A stretch of DNA of 64,000 bases. Origin: Synechococcus sp. (lineage in GTDB: Bacteria > Cyanobacteriota > Cyanobacteriia > PCC-6307 > Cyanobiaceae). A program made the translations under genes and the position numbers. Each line of letters starts with the position of its first letter. Position 1 is the stretch's first letter. The stretch spans positions 192,001-256,000 of the forward strand of contig JBJBDL010000003.1 of NCBI GenBank assembly GCA_047285305.1, given 5' to 3'. Below, in pieces: positions 50,804 through 63,453 of this stretch. The notes below the pieces were generated by a model, which saw only the letters and a list, made by a program, of their open reading frames with translations, was not told where the DNA came from and searched no databases.

Positions 50804-51559
50804 ATGACGCAAACCCTGCATATCGGCTTGCTGGGCGCCATGCCGGAAGAGATCGGCTCGGATCTCAGCCACCTCAAGGATCTGAGCTGCAGCGACCACG
50901 GCGACCTGAGAATCCACAGGGGTTCGTGGGACGACACGGTGCGCCTCAGCCTGGCCTGGAGCGGCTGGGGCAAGGTGAGCGCTGCGCGGGCCGCCACACG
51001 CCTGCTCGCGAGTGATCCCAAAATCGATCTGCTGGTTTTCACTGGCGTTGCCGGGGCTGCGGATCCCGCCCTGCGTCAATGGGATGTGGTGTTAGCCGAT
51101 GCCGTAGTGCAGCACGACATGGATGCCCGACCCCTGTTCCCACGCTTCACGTTGCCAGCGTTGAAAAAGGACCAGCTCCAACCGCAGCCAGCCTGGTTCA
51201 GCTGGGCCGAGACCGCTCTGCGTGAGGCTCACAGCGCAGGCAATCTGGACGGGTTCGCTCAGCCCAGCAGCGGTCTAATCGCCACTGGAGATCGTTTCAT
51301 CAGCAATCCAGCCATGCTGCAAGCGCTGCGGGATGCCCTGCCCGACCTGCGGGCAGTTGAGATGGAAGGCGCCGCCGTCGCACAGGTGGCTGAGCAAGAG
51401 GGCGTCCCCTGGCTGGTGCTGCGGGTGATTTCCGATGGTGCCGATGCAGCGGCGGCACAGAGCTTTGAACACTTTGTCAAACTCTACGAACAACAGGCTT
51501 GGCGGCTCATTGAGGCCCTGCTGCAGCGCTGCAACAACACGCCCCGAAACTGCGCATGA
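50804..51559 (+). CDS. mtnN: 5'-methylthioadenosine/S-adenosylhomocysteine nucleosidase
   Basis: GAMPEE, GWGKVSAA, FTGVAG, QHDMD, TGDRF, EMEGAAVAQ, RVISD. Confidence 0.93.
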   Translation: MTQTLHIGLLGAMPEEIGSDLSHLKDLSCSDHGDLRIHRGSWDDTVRLSLAWSGWGKVSAARAATRLLASDPKIDLLVFTGVAGAADPALRQWDVVLADAVVQHDMDARPLFPRFTLPALKKDQLQPQPAWFSWAETALREAHSAGNLDGFAQPSSGLIATGDRFISNPAMLQALRDALPDLRAVEMEGAAVAQVAEQEGVPWLVLRVISDGADAAAAQSFEHFVKLYEQQAWRLIEALLQRCNNTPRNCA

Positions 51560-51625
51560 TGCCTCTCCTGAACTGATAGCTGCGCTTTGGCCTGATGGTG
51601 GGGGGGACGGCCGCAGCCGTTCACA

Positions 51626-51826
51626 TCAGCGTGTGCTGCTGATGGGCCCGATGATGCGCCTGAGCCTGGCAAACCCCATTGCCTCCGTTGCGTCGGACGA
51701 ACCGTCATCAATGAGCAGCAGATGCTCCATCTCCGGCAAGGCCATGAACCGCTCCATGAAGTCGCTGATCAACTCGGCTTCGTTGAAGCAGGTCGCCACC
51801 AAACACACCTGCTCGCTGGCCATCAA
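51626..51826 (-). pseudogene. Truncated GT2 (GtrB/DPM-like) glycosyltransferase remnant
   Basis: VCLVATCFNEAE...LLLIDDGSSDAT is a GT2 N-terminus, followed by unrelated sequence and a stop after about 65 codons. Confidence 0.65.
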
Positions 51827-51905
51827 TGCGCGGTCTGCATTCTCTGAAACCGAAGGGCTCCCCGCTCAGTCATAGGCTCGGCCTGCTGACGCCCGACCAA
51901 CCGCC

Positions 51906-53330
51906 ATGGCCCAGTTCGAGAAGCTCACCGCCCCCAGCAAGGGCACACCGATCCGCTTCGAGAACGGCCAGCCCGTGGTGGCCGAAAACCCGATCATCCC
52001 TTTCATCCGCGGCGATGGCACCGGCGTGGACATCTGGCCCGCCACCCAGAAGGTGCTGGATGCGGCTGTGGCCAAGGCCTACGGCGGCAACAAGAGCATC
52101 GAATGGTTCAAGGTTTACGCCGGCGATGAAGCCTGCGACCTCTACGGCACCTACCAATACCTGCCGGAAGACACCCTCGAGGCGATCCGCACCTACGGCG
52201 TGGCCATCAAAGGTCCCCTCACCACTCCTGTGGGTGGCGGCATCCGTTCGCTGAACGTGGCCCTGCGCCAGATCTTTGATCTGTATTCCTGCGTGCGTCC
52301 CTGCCGCTACTACGAGGGCACCCCAAGCCCTCACAAGCGTCCCCAGGATCTGGACGTGATCGTCTATCGGGAGAACACCGAAGACATCTACATGGGAGTT
52401 GAGTGGGAAGCCGATGACGCCGTCGGCCAGGAGCTGCGCAAGCACCTCAACGAGGTGGTGATCCCCGCCAACGGCAAGCTGGGCAAGCGCCAGATCCCCG
52501 AGGGATCCGGCATCGGCATCAAACCGGTGAGCAAAGCCGGCAGCCAACGCCACATCCGCAAGGCCATCCAGCACGCCCTGCGTCTTCAGGGCGACAAGCG
52601 CCACGTGACCCTGGTGCATAAGGGCAACATCATGAAGTTCACGGAAGGGGCCTTCCGCGACTGGGGCTATGAACTGGCCACCACCGAATTCCGCGACGTA
52701 TGCATCACCGAGCGGGAAAGCTGGATCCTCGGCAACCTGGAGAAGGATCCCAACCTGAGTGTGCAGGCTAATGCCCGCATGATCGAACCCGGCTACGACA
52801 GCCTCACTCCAGAAAAGAAAGCCGACATCGATGACGAGGTGCAGGCGGTAATCAACACCATCGGCAGCAGCCACGGTGGCGGCAAGTGGAAAGAGATGGT
52901 GCTGGTGGATGACCGCATCGCAGACAGCATTTTCCAGCAGATCCAAACCCGCCCCCAGGAGTATTCCATCCTCGCCACGTTGAACCTCAACGGCGATTAC
53001 ATCTCCGACGCCGCCGCCGCGATGGTGGGCGGTCTGGGCATGGCCCCCGGCGCCAACATCGGCGAGAACGCCGCCATCTTCGAAGCCACCCACGGCACCG
53101 CCCCGAAACACGCCGGCCTCGATCGCATCAACCCCGGTTCTGTGATCCTCAGCGGCGTGATGATGCTGGAATTCCTTGGCTGGCAGGAGGCCGCCGATCT
53201 GGTGACCAAGGGCCTCAGCGCCGCCATCGCCGACAAGCAGGTCACCTACGACCTAGCCCGACTGATGGAACCCCAGGTGGATCCGGTGAGCTGCAGCGGT
53301 TTCGCCGAAGCGATCATCCAGCGCTTCTGA
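51906..53330 (+). CDS. icd: NADP-dependent isocitrate dehydrogenase
   Basis: IKGPLTTPVGGGIRSLNV, VHKGNIMK, NLNGDYISD, EATHGTAPK. Confidence 0.97.
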   Translation: MAQFEKLTAPSKGTPIRFENGQPVVAENPIIPFIRGDGTGVDIWPATQKVLDAAVAKAYGGNKSIEWFKVYAGDEACDLYGTYQYLPEDTLEAIRTYGVAIKGPLTTPVGGGIRSLNVALRQIFDLYSCVRPCRYYEGTPSPHKRPQDLDVIVYRENTEDIYMGVEWEADDAVGQELRKHLNEVVIPANGKLGKRQIPEGSGIGIKPVSKAGSQRHIRKAIQHALRLQGDKRHVTLVHKGNIMKFTEGAFRDWGYELATTEFRDVCITERESWILGNLEKDPNLSVQANARMIEPGYDSLTPEKKADIDDEVQAVINTIGSSHGGGKWKEMVLVDDRIADSIFQQIQTRPQEYSILATLNLNGDYISDAAAAMVGGLGMAPGANIGENAAIFEATHGTAPKHAGLDRINPGSVILSGVMMLEFLGWQEAADLVTKGLSAAIADKQVTYDLARLMEPQVDPVSCSGFAEAIIQRF

Positions 53331-53364
53331 TCACCAGAGCTGCCATTCACGCCAGACTTAGGCG

Positions 53365-54723
53365 ATGGCCTCTCCCACCCAGCTCCCCGGGCTTCCCGCC
53401 GGTGCCGCCGATCCCTGCGTGCACTGCGGCTTCTGCCTGCCGACCTGTGCCAGCTATCGCGTGCTGGCCAGCGAGATGGACTCTCCCCGCGGCCGCATCC
53501 ATGCGCTGCGGGCGATCGAGGCCGGGGAACTGGCGCTAGATGCCACGGTTGCAAGCCATTTCGACACCTGCCTGGGCTGTTACGCATGCGTTTCAGCTTG
53601 CCCATCGGGAGTCCGCTACGACCAGCTGATCGAGGCCACCAGGCCCCAGCTGAATCAGGCCAATCACCGCAGTAGCTGGCAGATCAGCTTCCGCAAGCTG
53701 CTGCTGCAGGTGCTGCCCTACCCCAAGCGCCTGCGAGCCCTGCTGCAACCCCTGCGGGGCTACGCCGGAACACCGCTGCAACAGCTGGCCCGCAGCTCCG
53801 GTCTCACCCGTCTGTTCGGCCCGGAGATCGAAGCCATGGAGCAACTGCTGCCGCCCCTGGTGCCGGAAAGCTTCAGCGACCCACTACCCCAGATCAATCC
53901 CGCTGCCAGCGAACGCCGCGGCCGTGTGGCGCTGTTGCTGGGCTGCGTGCAGCGCTGCTTCGATCCCAGCGTGAGCAACGCAACGGTGAAGGTGTTGCAG
54001 GCCAACGGTTTTGAGGTGGTGATTCCAGCAGACCAGGGCTGCTGCGGGGCAGTGAGCCATCACCAGGGGGAGCTGGAGCTCACCCGTCAACTGGCGAGGG
54101 ATTTGATCCGGAGCATGAATGCCGTTAAGGGAGATCTGGATGCGGTGCTGGTGGCCGCTTCAGGCTGCGGTCACACGATGAAGGCATACAGCGAGATCCT
54201 GAACGGCAACACTGCATTCAGGGCCCCGGTACTGGATGTGCAGGAATTCCTGGCGGACCGCGGCCTTTTGGAGTCATTCCGTGCCCAACTGCAACCACTC
54301 CCCGGCGTCGTGGCCATGCATGACGCCTGCCACATGATTCACGGCCAGGGAATCCAGGCCCAGCCCCGCCAACTGCTGCGGGCCATCCCCAACATTCAGC
54401 TGAGGGAAGCAACAGAGGCCGGGGTGTGCTGCGGCAGCGCCGGCATCTACAACCTGGTGCAGCCGGAGGAGGCAGCCGAACTGGGCCGGATCAAGGCCGA
54501 CGACCTCAGCGGCACCGGTGCTGAACTAGTGGCCAGCGCCAACATCGGCTGCACCCTGCAACTGCGGCGCCACCTGGGCGATCGGGCCCAGGTACAGCAC
54601 CCGATGGAACTACTGGCCGCCTCAGCCGGCCTCCATTCGCTGCCAAGCGTCCCGCAGCGTGCCGGCAACGCCGAGATTGCCGGGGAAGGTGAGAATCGGC
54701 AGTCCACTGCAGGGCCCCGCTGA
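53365..54723 (+). CDS. glcF: Glycolate oxidase iron-sulfur subunit
   Basis: CVHCGFCLPTC, CLGCYACVSAC, two CCG domains, ANIGC. Confidence 0.9.
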   Translation: MASPTQLPGLPAGAADPCVHCGFCLPTCASYRVLASEMDSPRGRIHALRAIEAGELALDATVASHFDTCLGCYACVSACPSGVRYDQLIEATRPQLNQANHRSSWQISFRKLLLQVLPYPKRLRALLQPLRGYAGTPLQQLARSSGLTRLFGPEIEAMEQLLPPLVPESFSDPLPQINPAASERRGRVALLLGCVQRCFDPSVSNATVKVLQANGFEVVIPADQGCCGAVSHHQGELELTRQLARDLIRSMNAVKGDLDAVLVAASGCGHTMKAYSEILNGNTAFRAPVLDVQEFLADRGLLESFRAQLQPLPGVVAMHDACHMIHGQGIQAQPRQLLRAIPNIQLREATEAGVCCGSAGIYNLVQPEEAAELGRIKADDLSGTGAELVASANIGCTLQLRRHLGDRAQVQHPMELLAASAGLHSLPSVPQRAGNAEIAGEGENRQSTAGPR

Positions 54724-55968
54724 CGGACGCACCAGCGACAGACCCGGCAGCAGCTGCCCTTCCAGCTGCACCGACTCAAGGGCCAGACCCCGGGCAAGCA
54801 GCGTCTGAGTGGTGATGCCGCCTTTGCTGATCAGGTAGCCCAAATCAGGAGCGAGAGCTGCCGCAAGGCGACCCATCAACTCCGCCAGAGCGCAGGACAA
54901 GCGCCGGCCCTCATTCGCTGAGGCGCAACGCAGCTCACCGCGGCTGGTGAACAGTACGGGCGTCAGACCTTGATCAAGCAGCTCCCGCAGCTGCTGCAAC
55001 CAGACCCGCTCCAGATCCGCCAGCAACAGGTCGGGTGTCGGCCCCTCCATCATCCGAGCGATACGCGGCACCGGCAGTTCAACCCCTTGGCAACCCGATT
55101 CCTGCAGCAAGAGCTCCAGCTGCTGATCCGCCACGGGCACGTGAGAGCCCACCATTACCAGTCCAGGCAGAGACATTCCATCGGCAGCCAATAGTCGCAA
55201 CCCCGCTAATCCCTTGGGATCAAGCGGCGGCGGGCCTGGATCCGCCAGAGCCTTCACCATGCTGGCGGCGGAACGGAACAGAAAGCGTTTCTGTCCCTGC
55301 AGGGCGCGCACCGCTGCGGCCAGAACGGTGAGCTGCTCCTGGCGCTCGGCATCCACCACCACAGAGGCATTGCCCTTGAGCCCACGTAGACGCTCGATCA
55401 ACAACGGCAGGCCTGCTGAGCAGGCGGCATCAAGCTCCCGGCCACTGATGCGCTGCACTGACGTCGCGGCAATGGACCCATCACTTTTCTCCTCCAACCA
55501 GCAGGCCAGATCACTGCTGCTGAAGCCAAACAGCCGGTCCTGGGCAAAAGGTGTTGTGTGCACAGGCTCGCCATGGAGAAGGTGCACCCCGTTCACGGTG
55601 GTGCGCCCTCCTTCCAGGAATGCCGGCACGTGAAAGGTGGCATCAAAGGGACCGAAGGCTGCCTGCAGGGCCTCAGGCTCCAGCACCCCATGGCCGCGCA
55701 GGGTGGAGTCGCCCCGGCTCACCAGCAGCACCTGATCGCGAGCCAATCCCTCCCGCTGCAGGGCTTGATCCAAAGCCACCGCAATACCGCGGTTGCGTTC
55801 CGCAGCATCCGTTGGCATCAGCGCCCGGGTGTCGGCCAGCAGAAACAACAGCGGCGAAGCATGGCGCAGCCCCCGGCGCAGGGTGTTGACATCCCAGCGC
55901 AGCAGCAGCGGGCAGCTGTGCACCGTCTGCGAGCCGGTGGGATCGTCGTCAATGACCACAACCTTCAT
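54622..55968 (-). CDS. Four-carbon acid sugar kinase family protein (DUF1537)
   Basis: DDDPTGSQT, RGDSTLRGH, GRTT, VGSHV, SKGGITT, FPGNLG. Confidence 0.88.
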   Translation of the reverse strand: MKVVVIDDDPTGSQTVHSCPLLLRWDVNTLRRGLRHASPLLFLLADTRALMPTDAAERNRGIAVALDQALQREGLARDQVLLVSRGDSTLRGHGVLEPEALQAAFGPFDATFHVPAFLEGGRTTVNGVHLLHGEPVHTTPFAQDRLFGFSSSDLACWLEEKSDGSIAATSVQRISGRELDAACSAGLPLLIERLRGLKGNASVVVDAERQEQLTVLAAAVRALQGQKRFLFRSAASMVKALADPGPPPLDPKGLAGLRLLAADGMSLPGLVMVGSHVPVADQQLELLLQESGCQGVELPVPRIARMMEGPTPDLLLADLERVWLQQLRELLDQGLTPVLFTSRGELRCASANEGRRLSCALAELMGRLAAALAPDLGYLISKGGITTQTLLARGLALESVQLEGQLLPGLSLVRPSAGPCSGLPILTFPGNLGVAGTLRDAWQRMEAG

Positions 55969-55982
55969 GGCACCATCGTGCC

Positions 55983-57134
55983 GTGAGCCATTCCCCCGCC
56001 AGCCGCAGTGCTCTGATTGATCTGGTGCGCCAATGGCACCAGAGCGGCACCCTCTGGAGTCCCAGTGGCCTGGGCACACGCCTTGACTGGGGTCCGCCGC
56101 TGGATCCCCACCATGAGGTGCTCTCCTGCCGGCAGCTCAACCGGGTAATCGACCATGCCGTAGACGATCTAACCATCACGGTGGAAGCCGGCCTGCCATT
56201 ACAGGACCTGCAGGATCTGCTGGCGGAGCAGGGGCAATGGCTGCCCATTGACTGGCCCCGAGCTGGCACTCCCGGAAGCATCGGCGGCCTGGTGGCCCGA
56301 GGACTGGCAGGGGGACTGCGGCAACGCCATCTGGGGGTGCGCGATCAAATCATTGGCATCGGCCTGTTGCGAGCGGATGGCGTCGAAGCCCATGCCGGTG
56401 GACGGGTGGTGAAGAACGTGGCCGGCTATGACCTGATGCGGCTGCTCTGCGGCAGCTGGGGCAGCCTGGCGCTGATCACCGAAGTCACCCTGCGGCTGCA
56501 ACCGCTGCGCCCCGCACGGAGCGGCCTGCTCCTGGAGGGCGACCTGAAGGCCCAGGAGGCATTTCGCAGCGAACTACTGCGCTCCAGCCTGACTCCGGAA
56601 CGCTATGACTGGATCAACAGCGGCGATGGTGCCTGGCGGCTGAGGCTGGTAGTGAGTAGCGTCTCGGAGCAGGCGGTGGAAGATCAGCTAAAGCAGCTCG
56701 AAGCGTTGGCGCTAAACCAACAGCTCAGCGCCGAACGCCAGCCTTGTTCCGATGCCCTGACCACACCCTTCGATGCCAGCCCCTCTGCGCAGCTGGTGCG
56801 GCTGGTGCTGCCGCCGGCCCAGTTGCACCGGTTGTTGCGGGATAAGGCGATGAGGGCTCTCAAGCCGTGGACTTGGGAACTTGCCGCGGGAGCCGGCTGC
56901 GGTGATGGCTGGTGCGACGCGGCGACAGCGGATCACCAGCTGGAGGCGCTGCGCCGCAGCGTGATCCGCCTCGGCGGCGAAATGACTCTGTTGAAACGCG
57001 CGGCCGGGTCAAAGGTGCCGGTCTGGCTTGACCGTCCTTCCCGACCGCTGATCGAAGCGGTGAAACGCCAGTTCGACTCCAAGCTGCAGCTCAGCCGCGG
57101 CCGTCTGCCGGGGGTCGATCAGGAGACGCTGTAG
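55983..57134 (+). CDS. glcE: Glycolate oxidase FAD-binding subunit
   Basis: DLTITVEAG, SIGG, GGRVVKNVAGYDL, GSWGSLALITE. Confidence 0.88.
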   Translation: MSHSPASRSALIDLVRQWHQSGTLWSPSGLGTRLDWGPPLDPHHEVLSCRQLNRVIDHAVDDLTITVEAGLPLQDLQDLLAEQGQWLPIDWPRAGTPGSIGGLVARGLAGGLRQRHLGVRDQIIGIGLLRADGVEAHAGGRVVKNVAGYDLMRLLCGSWGSLALITEVTLRLQPLRPARSGLLLEGDLKAQEAFRSELLRSSLTPERYDWINSGDGAWRLRLVVSSVSEQAVEDQLKQLEALALNQQLSAERQPCSDALTTPFDASPSAQLVRLVLPPAQLHRLLRDKAMRALKPWTWELAAGAGCGDGWCDAATADHQLEALRRSVIRLGGEMTLLKRAAGSKVPVWLDRPSRPLIEAVKRQFDSKLQLSRGRLPGVDQETL

Positions 57135-57973
57135 CGACAGGCGAGGGTCTGCTTCATGCCTGGCTCGAGCACCAGTTTTCGATCACCACTCACCAGGGCC
57201 TGCCGTGGACCGGTCCAGGGTTCCAGACAAACCATCGGGCGCGGGGGCTCGGTCCAGACCACGCTGAGATCCAGCGGTGCCTGATGCTGCAGTTCCAGCG
57301 TCAAGCCGGTGGCCTCGTCGATAAGGCTGACCGGACCCCCAGGCCGGCAGAGGAAATCCACCCCTTCAGGCAACCGCTTGAGCTGATCGGCGGTAGCGGC
57401 CTCCGCCATCTCCAGATGGTTGAGGCAGCGCTCCGCCAGACCAGTGAGCCGGGTCTGAGCCAGATCGCTCACGTTGAAGTAGGGGTGCAAGCCAAAACTG
57501 AACGGCATGGCGGCATCACCGCAGTTGTGAACCGTGGTGGAGATCTCCAACGCAGAGGCCACCGGGCGCAGCTCCATTTCCAAACGGAAGGGGAAGGGAT
57601 AGGCCTTCAGCGTTTCGTCGGTGCTGGAGAGGCTGAGGCAAACACCTTTCTGATCCTCGAGCAACTGAAGCTGCCAGGGGAGATCCCGGGCGAAGCCGTG
57701 CTGCTTGAGGGGATAGTCGACGCCATCCACAGGCAGCACATCTCCGGGCAGGTTTCCGCAAATCGGAAACAACACTGGAATACCGCCTCGAATGCTTTTG
57801 CTGGGATCGGCGTAACGCTCCTGATCGAAATACAGGATCTCCCGCCCCCCGTACACCCAACCACTCACCAAACCACCCCGCTCGGGAATGATTCGCAACC
57901 GATCACCGCTGCTGGGATGCACGAAGTCCCAGTGGGCATAAGGGGCCGACTGCTGGGTGAGGGTCATGGGCAT
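57119..57973 (-). CDS. galM: Aldose 1-epimerase/galactose mutarotase family
   Basis: GGIPVLFP, HGFAR, GLHPYF, VCLEPW. Confidence 0.85.
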   Translation of the reverse strand: MPMTLTQQSAPYAHWDFVHPSSGDRLRIIPERGGLVSGWVYGGREILYFDQERYADPSKSIRGGIPVLFPICGNLPGDVLPVDGVDYPLKQHGFARDLPWQLQLLEDQKGVCLSLSSTDETLKAYPFPFRLEMELRPVASALEISTTVHNCGDAAMPFSFGLHPYFNVSDLAQTRLTGLAERCLNHLEMAEAATADQLKRLPEGVDFLCRPGGPVSLIDEATGLTLELQHQAPLDLSVVWTEPPRPMVCLEPWTGPRQALVSGDRKLVLEPGMKQTLACRYSVS

Positions 57974-57999
57974 CCGCCGATGGGGGGTGGCTCATTCAT

Positions 58000-58911
58000 T
58001 CACTTAGCCAGCAGATCCATATTTGTCGGTGCCGCACCCGACTTGAGGCCCTCCAGCCATTGCAGCAACGCCACATTCACCTGATCCGGCACCTCATCGT
58101 GGGGGCAGTGCCCGGCCTCCAGAACCACCTCAGTCGTGGCCTCCGGAGCATGGCGCTGGAAGGTGGAGCGGCGACCGGGGGCGTTGATCCAAGGATCACG
58201 GATACCCCAGAGCAGCAACAGCGGCGCCGTCAGTTCCGAGAAAAGCTCATCGAGGGGCTGACCGCGGGGGATATCGAAGACCGTACGGAACACCCCGAAG
58301 GCGCCGGGATCGAGGGAGGGGCGCCGGATCGACTCCACCAGCCAATCGTCAACGTTGGTCTTGTCGACGTACACCTGATTGAGGGTGCGGCGGATCGTGG
58401 CGGGTCGGCGCAGGTTCTCGAACAGCAACCGCTGCAGCACAGGACTCTTCAGCAGGGCCGTGCCGATGCTCTGGCGGGCGATGGCGCCCCAGCCTTGCGG
58501 CGGTTTCTGCTCATCACTGAAGGGACCGGCAGCATTGAGCAGCACGACTCCCGCACAGTCCGATCCCAACGCGGCCCCTGCAGCAAGGGCCGCAAAACCA
58601 CCGAGGGAATTGCCGGCTATCACCGTCGGACGGCCGATCTGCTCGCGCACATAGGCCACCAGTTGATCGCGCCACAGGGCACCCCCGTAATTCAGACCCG
58701 CCGGCTTGGCACTTCTGCCGAAGCCCAGAAGATCAATCGCATGCACGGCATGGGTCTGGGCCAACACGGGAATGTTGTGGCGCCAGTGATCGGTGGATGC
58801 CCCGAACCCATGCACCAACAGAAGCGCCGGATGATCGGTGCTGTCCTGCTCGGGATGCTGCTGCACCGTGTGCACGGCGTGGCCGAGATGGCTCCAGGTG
58901 ACGCGATCCAC
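58000..58911 (-). CDS. Alpha/beta fold hydrolase
   Basis: HGFGAS, DLLGFGRS, GNSLGG nucleophile elbow, GHCPHDE. GTG start is uncertain. Confidence 0.9.
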   Translation of the reverse strand: MDRVTWSHLGHAVHTVQQHPEQDSTDHPALLLVHGFGASTDHWRHNIPVLAQTHAVHAIDLLGFGRSAKPAGLNYGGALWRDQLVAYVREQIGRPTVIAGNSLGGFAALAAGAALGSDCAGVVLLNAAGPFSDEQKPPQGWGAIARQSIGTALLKSPVLQRLLFENLRRPATIRRTLNQVYVDKTNVDDWLVESIRRPSLDPGAFGVFRTVFDIPRGQPLDELFSELTAPLLLLWGIRDPWINAPGRRSTFQRHAPEATTEVVLEAGHCPHDEVPDQVNVALLQWLEGLKSGAAPTNMDLLAK

Positions 58912-58931
58912 AGCCGGCTGCGAGGGACGCG

Positions 58932-59282
58932 ATGCTAAGCAGCACTGAAGCGGCCTGGATGGTGAGCTACGAGGTGATGGGCGGACCGCTGGCGGACGCA
59001 TCCGTCTGGCGCGGAGCTTTGCTGTGGGCCATCGCCCTTTACGTGCCGCTGAGCGCACCGCTCAGCACGTTGGAATCAAGCCTGGAGGAGAGTGACCTGC
59101 CCGAATCGGTGATTCAACCGGTGCTGGTGATCAGCAGCCTGCTTCTGGCCCTAATCACGGGCGTTGTCACCCAGCTCGGCTTCAGTTGGGTCCTGGGTCC
59201 GAGCTGGGCCTCCAGCCTTGGTGTTGTGGCCGTGGGCTGGAGTGTTCTGATCGTCCTCGCCAATGCCGGGAAAGACGACTGA
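58932..59282 (+). CDS. Small conserved membrane protein
   Basis: Three hydrophobic segments. Fills the gap between the hydrolase and the antiporter. Confidence 0.65.
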   Translation: MLSSTEAAWMVSYEVMGGPLADASVWRGALLWAIALYVPLSAPLSTLESSLEESDLPESVIQPVLVISSLLLALITGVVTQLGFSWVLGPSWASSLGVVAVGWSVLIVLANAGKDD

Positions 59283-59283
59283 T

Positions 59284-60660
59284 TCAAGAGGCACCCGCCA
59301 GGGGATCTGCAGCGAATTCGTCGGGAACCTGATTGCCATCCTCAGGGGGCTTGTCTTTGAGGACGATGCGCAACAGCACCGGCGCCAGGAACGTGGTGCC
59401 TATCACCATCAGCAGAATCGCCGCCTCAAGGCCAGGGCTGAGCAGCCCTGAAGCGGTGCCCAGGCCCAGGAAGATCAGGCCAACTTCGCCGCGGGGCATC
59501 ATTCCCAGCCCCACCACCAGGTTGTTGGTCTTTTCCTTGCCGAAGATGGCCCAGCCGGCAGCCACCTTGCCGATGATCGCCACCACGAACAGGAAGGATG
59601 CCACCACCAGGGCGGAACGGGCCCCCGGATCAGAGGGGTTGATCACTGAGAGGTCCATTCCTGCACCCACAAGGACGAAGAAAACGGTGGCGAACAACCC
59701 AACGATGGGGGTGACTGCCGCCTGAATCTCGTGGCGATGCTTGGAGGTGCTGGCGATCAAACCAGCGGCGAAGGCACCGAGTGCAGCCTCCAGACCAATC
59801 GCAGAGGCCACGAAGCAGCTCACAGCGAGCAGCAAGTAAGAACCAATGAGTTTGTCGCCAGGGGCCTTGAGCTGATCAATCACCCAGTCGAAAGCAGGGG
59901 CAGCCTTCTGGCTCAACAACAAGGCCACCACCACAAACAGAACGGCCGCCACCACCAGCTGAACGATGGGCCCGATCTCCAGAGTTCCGCCGGCCGCCAA
60001 GGACACCACGATGGCCAGGATGACGATGCCGAGGATGTCGTCGAGCACGGCAGCACCAATCACGATCTGGCCCTCCCGGGTGCGCAGATAGCCCAGCTCC
60101 CCGAAGACACTGGCTGTGATGCCGATGCTGGTCGCCGTCATCGAAGCGCCAGCAAAGATGGCCGGGATGGCATCCACGTGGAAGATCGCCATCAGTCCAA
60201 GGGTGCCGAGGGCGAAGGGCAGCACCACACCGACCACGGCGACGCTGAAGGCCTGAGCGCCCACGGCCATCAGTTCCTCTAGCTCACTTTCAAGACCCGT
60301 GAGGAAGAGCAAGGAGTAAAGCCCCAGCGTGGCCACGGCCTGAAGGGCGCCGAAACTCTCGTTGTAAAGGACTGGAATTTCCTCCACCGGCACATGCGAA
60401 AGGCCTGACACCACCTCGGAGAAGACCCCGGAAAGCTGCACCTGGGTCTCTGGCGGCACCAGAAGATGCAGGCCCGAGGCACCAATCAGCACGCCAGCAA
60501 GAAGTTCCCCGAGGATCGTGGGCAATTCGAAACGCACCAGCACCTCGGCGAGGGTGCGAGCCGCCACGAAAATCAGCATGAAGCGAAGGACGCCGATCAG
60601 CGTTTCCGCTAATTCGAGGTCGTGACTGCTGATTTCGCTCAGCAGGGAGGGCAGCAGCAT
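59284..60660 (-). CDS. nhaS: Na+/H+ antiporter (CPA2 family)
   Basis: GLESE, ATSIGIT, AAVLDDILG, GMMPRGEVG; many TM helices. Confidence 0.9.
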   Translation of the reverse strand: MLLPSLLSEISSHDLELAETLIGVLRFMLIFVAARTLAEVLVRFELPTILGELLAGVLIGASGLHLLVPPETQVQLSGVFSEVVSGLSHVPVEEIPVLYNESFGALQAVATLGLYSLLFLTGLESELEELMAVGAQAFSVAVVGVVLPFALGTLGLMAIFHVDAIPAIFAGASMTATSIGITASVFGELGYLRTREGQIVIGAAVLDDILGIVILAIVVSLAAGGTLEIGPIVQLVVAAVLFVVVALLLSQKAAPAFDWVIDQLKAPGDKLIGSYLLLAVSCFVASAIGLEAALGAFAAGLIASTSKHRHEIQAAVTPIVGLFATVFFVLVGAGMDLSVINPSDPGARSALVVASFLFVVAIIGKVAAGWAIFGKEKTNNLVVGLGMMPRGEVGLIFLGLGTASGLLSPGLEAAILLMVIGTTFLAPVLLRIVLKDKPPEDGNQVPDEFAADPLAGAS

Positions 60661-60871
60661 CAAGCCTGGCATGTCTCACGCCGAACCTTAATGGTGATTC
60701 CGCCGCTGAACTGTTCGCTGGATGATCCCAATTGACCGGGAATGCTGTATTAAGCGCTTTTTTTCAGGCAGCCCAAGTTGTGATGGCTACGGTCCGGTTA
60801 ATTCATTGAGTTGGGCTCCGAGCACCCCTGGCCTGACGGTGATTCCACGCTCCATGGCTCGCTGAACCCCC

Positions 60872-63394
<2,523 letters not shown>

Positions 63395-63404
63395 AAACAG
63401 CCAC

Positions 63405-63434
63405 AAAAAAAGCCCTGGATCCTGTCCAGGGCTT
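63405..63434 (-). terminator. Rho-independent terminator between glgP and the convergent gene
   Basis: Perfect 10-bp stem aagccctgga-tcctg-tccagggctt preceded by an A-run (U-tract on the minus strand). Confidence 0.8.
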
Positions 63435-63453
63435 AGAACCAAGATGCAGTGCT

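Noticed and set aside
60777..60790. GTT-N8-TAC NtcA-like site between nhaS and glgP
   Set aside because: One mismatch from consensus and no properly spaced -10 element found; such matches occur by chance.
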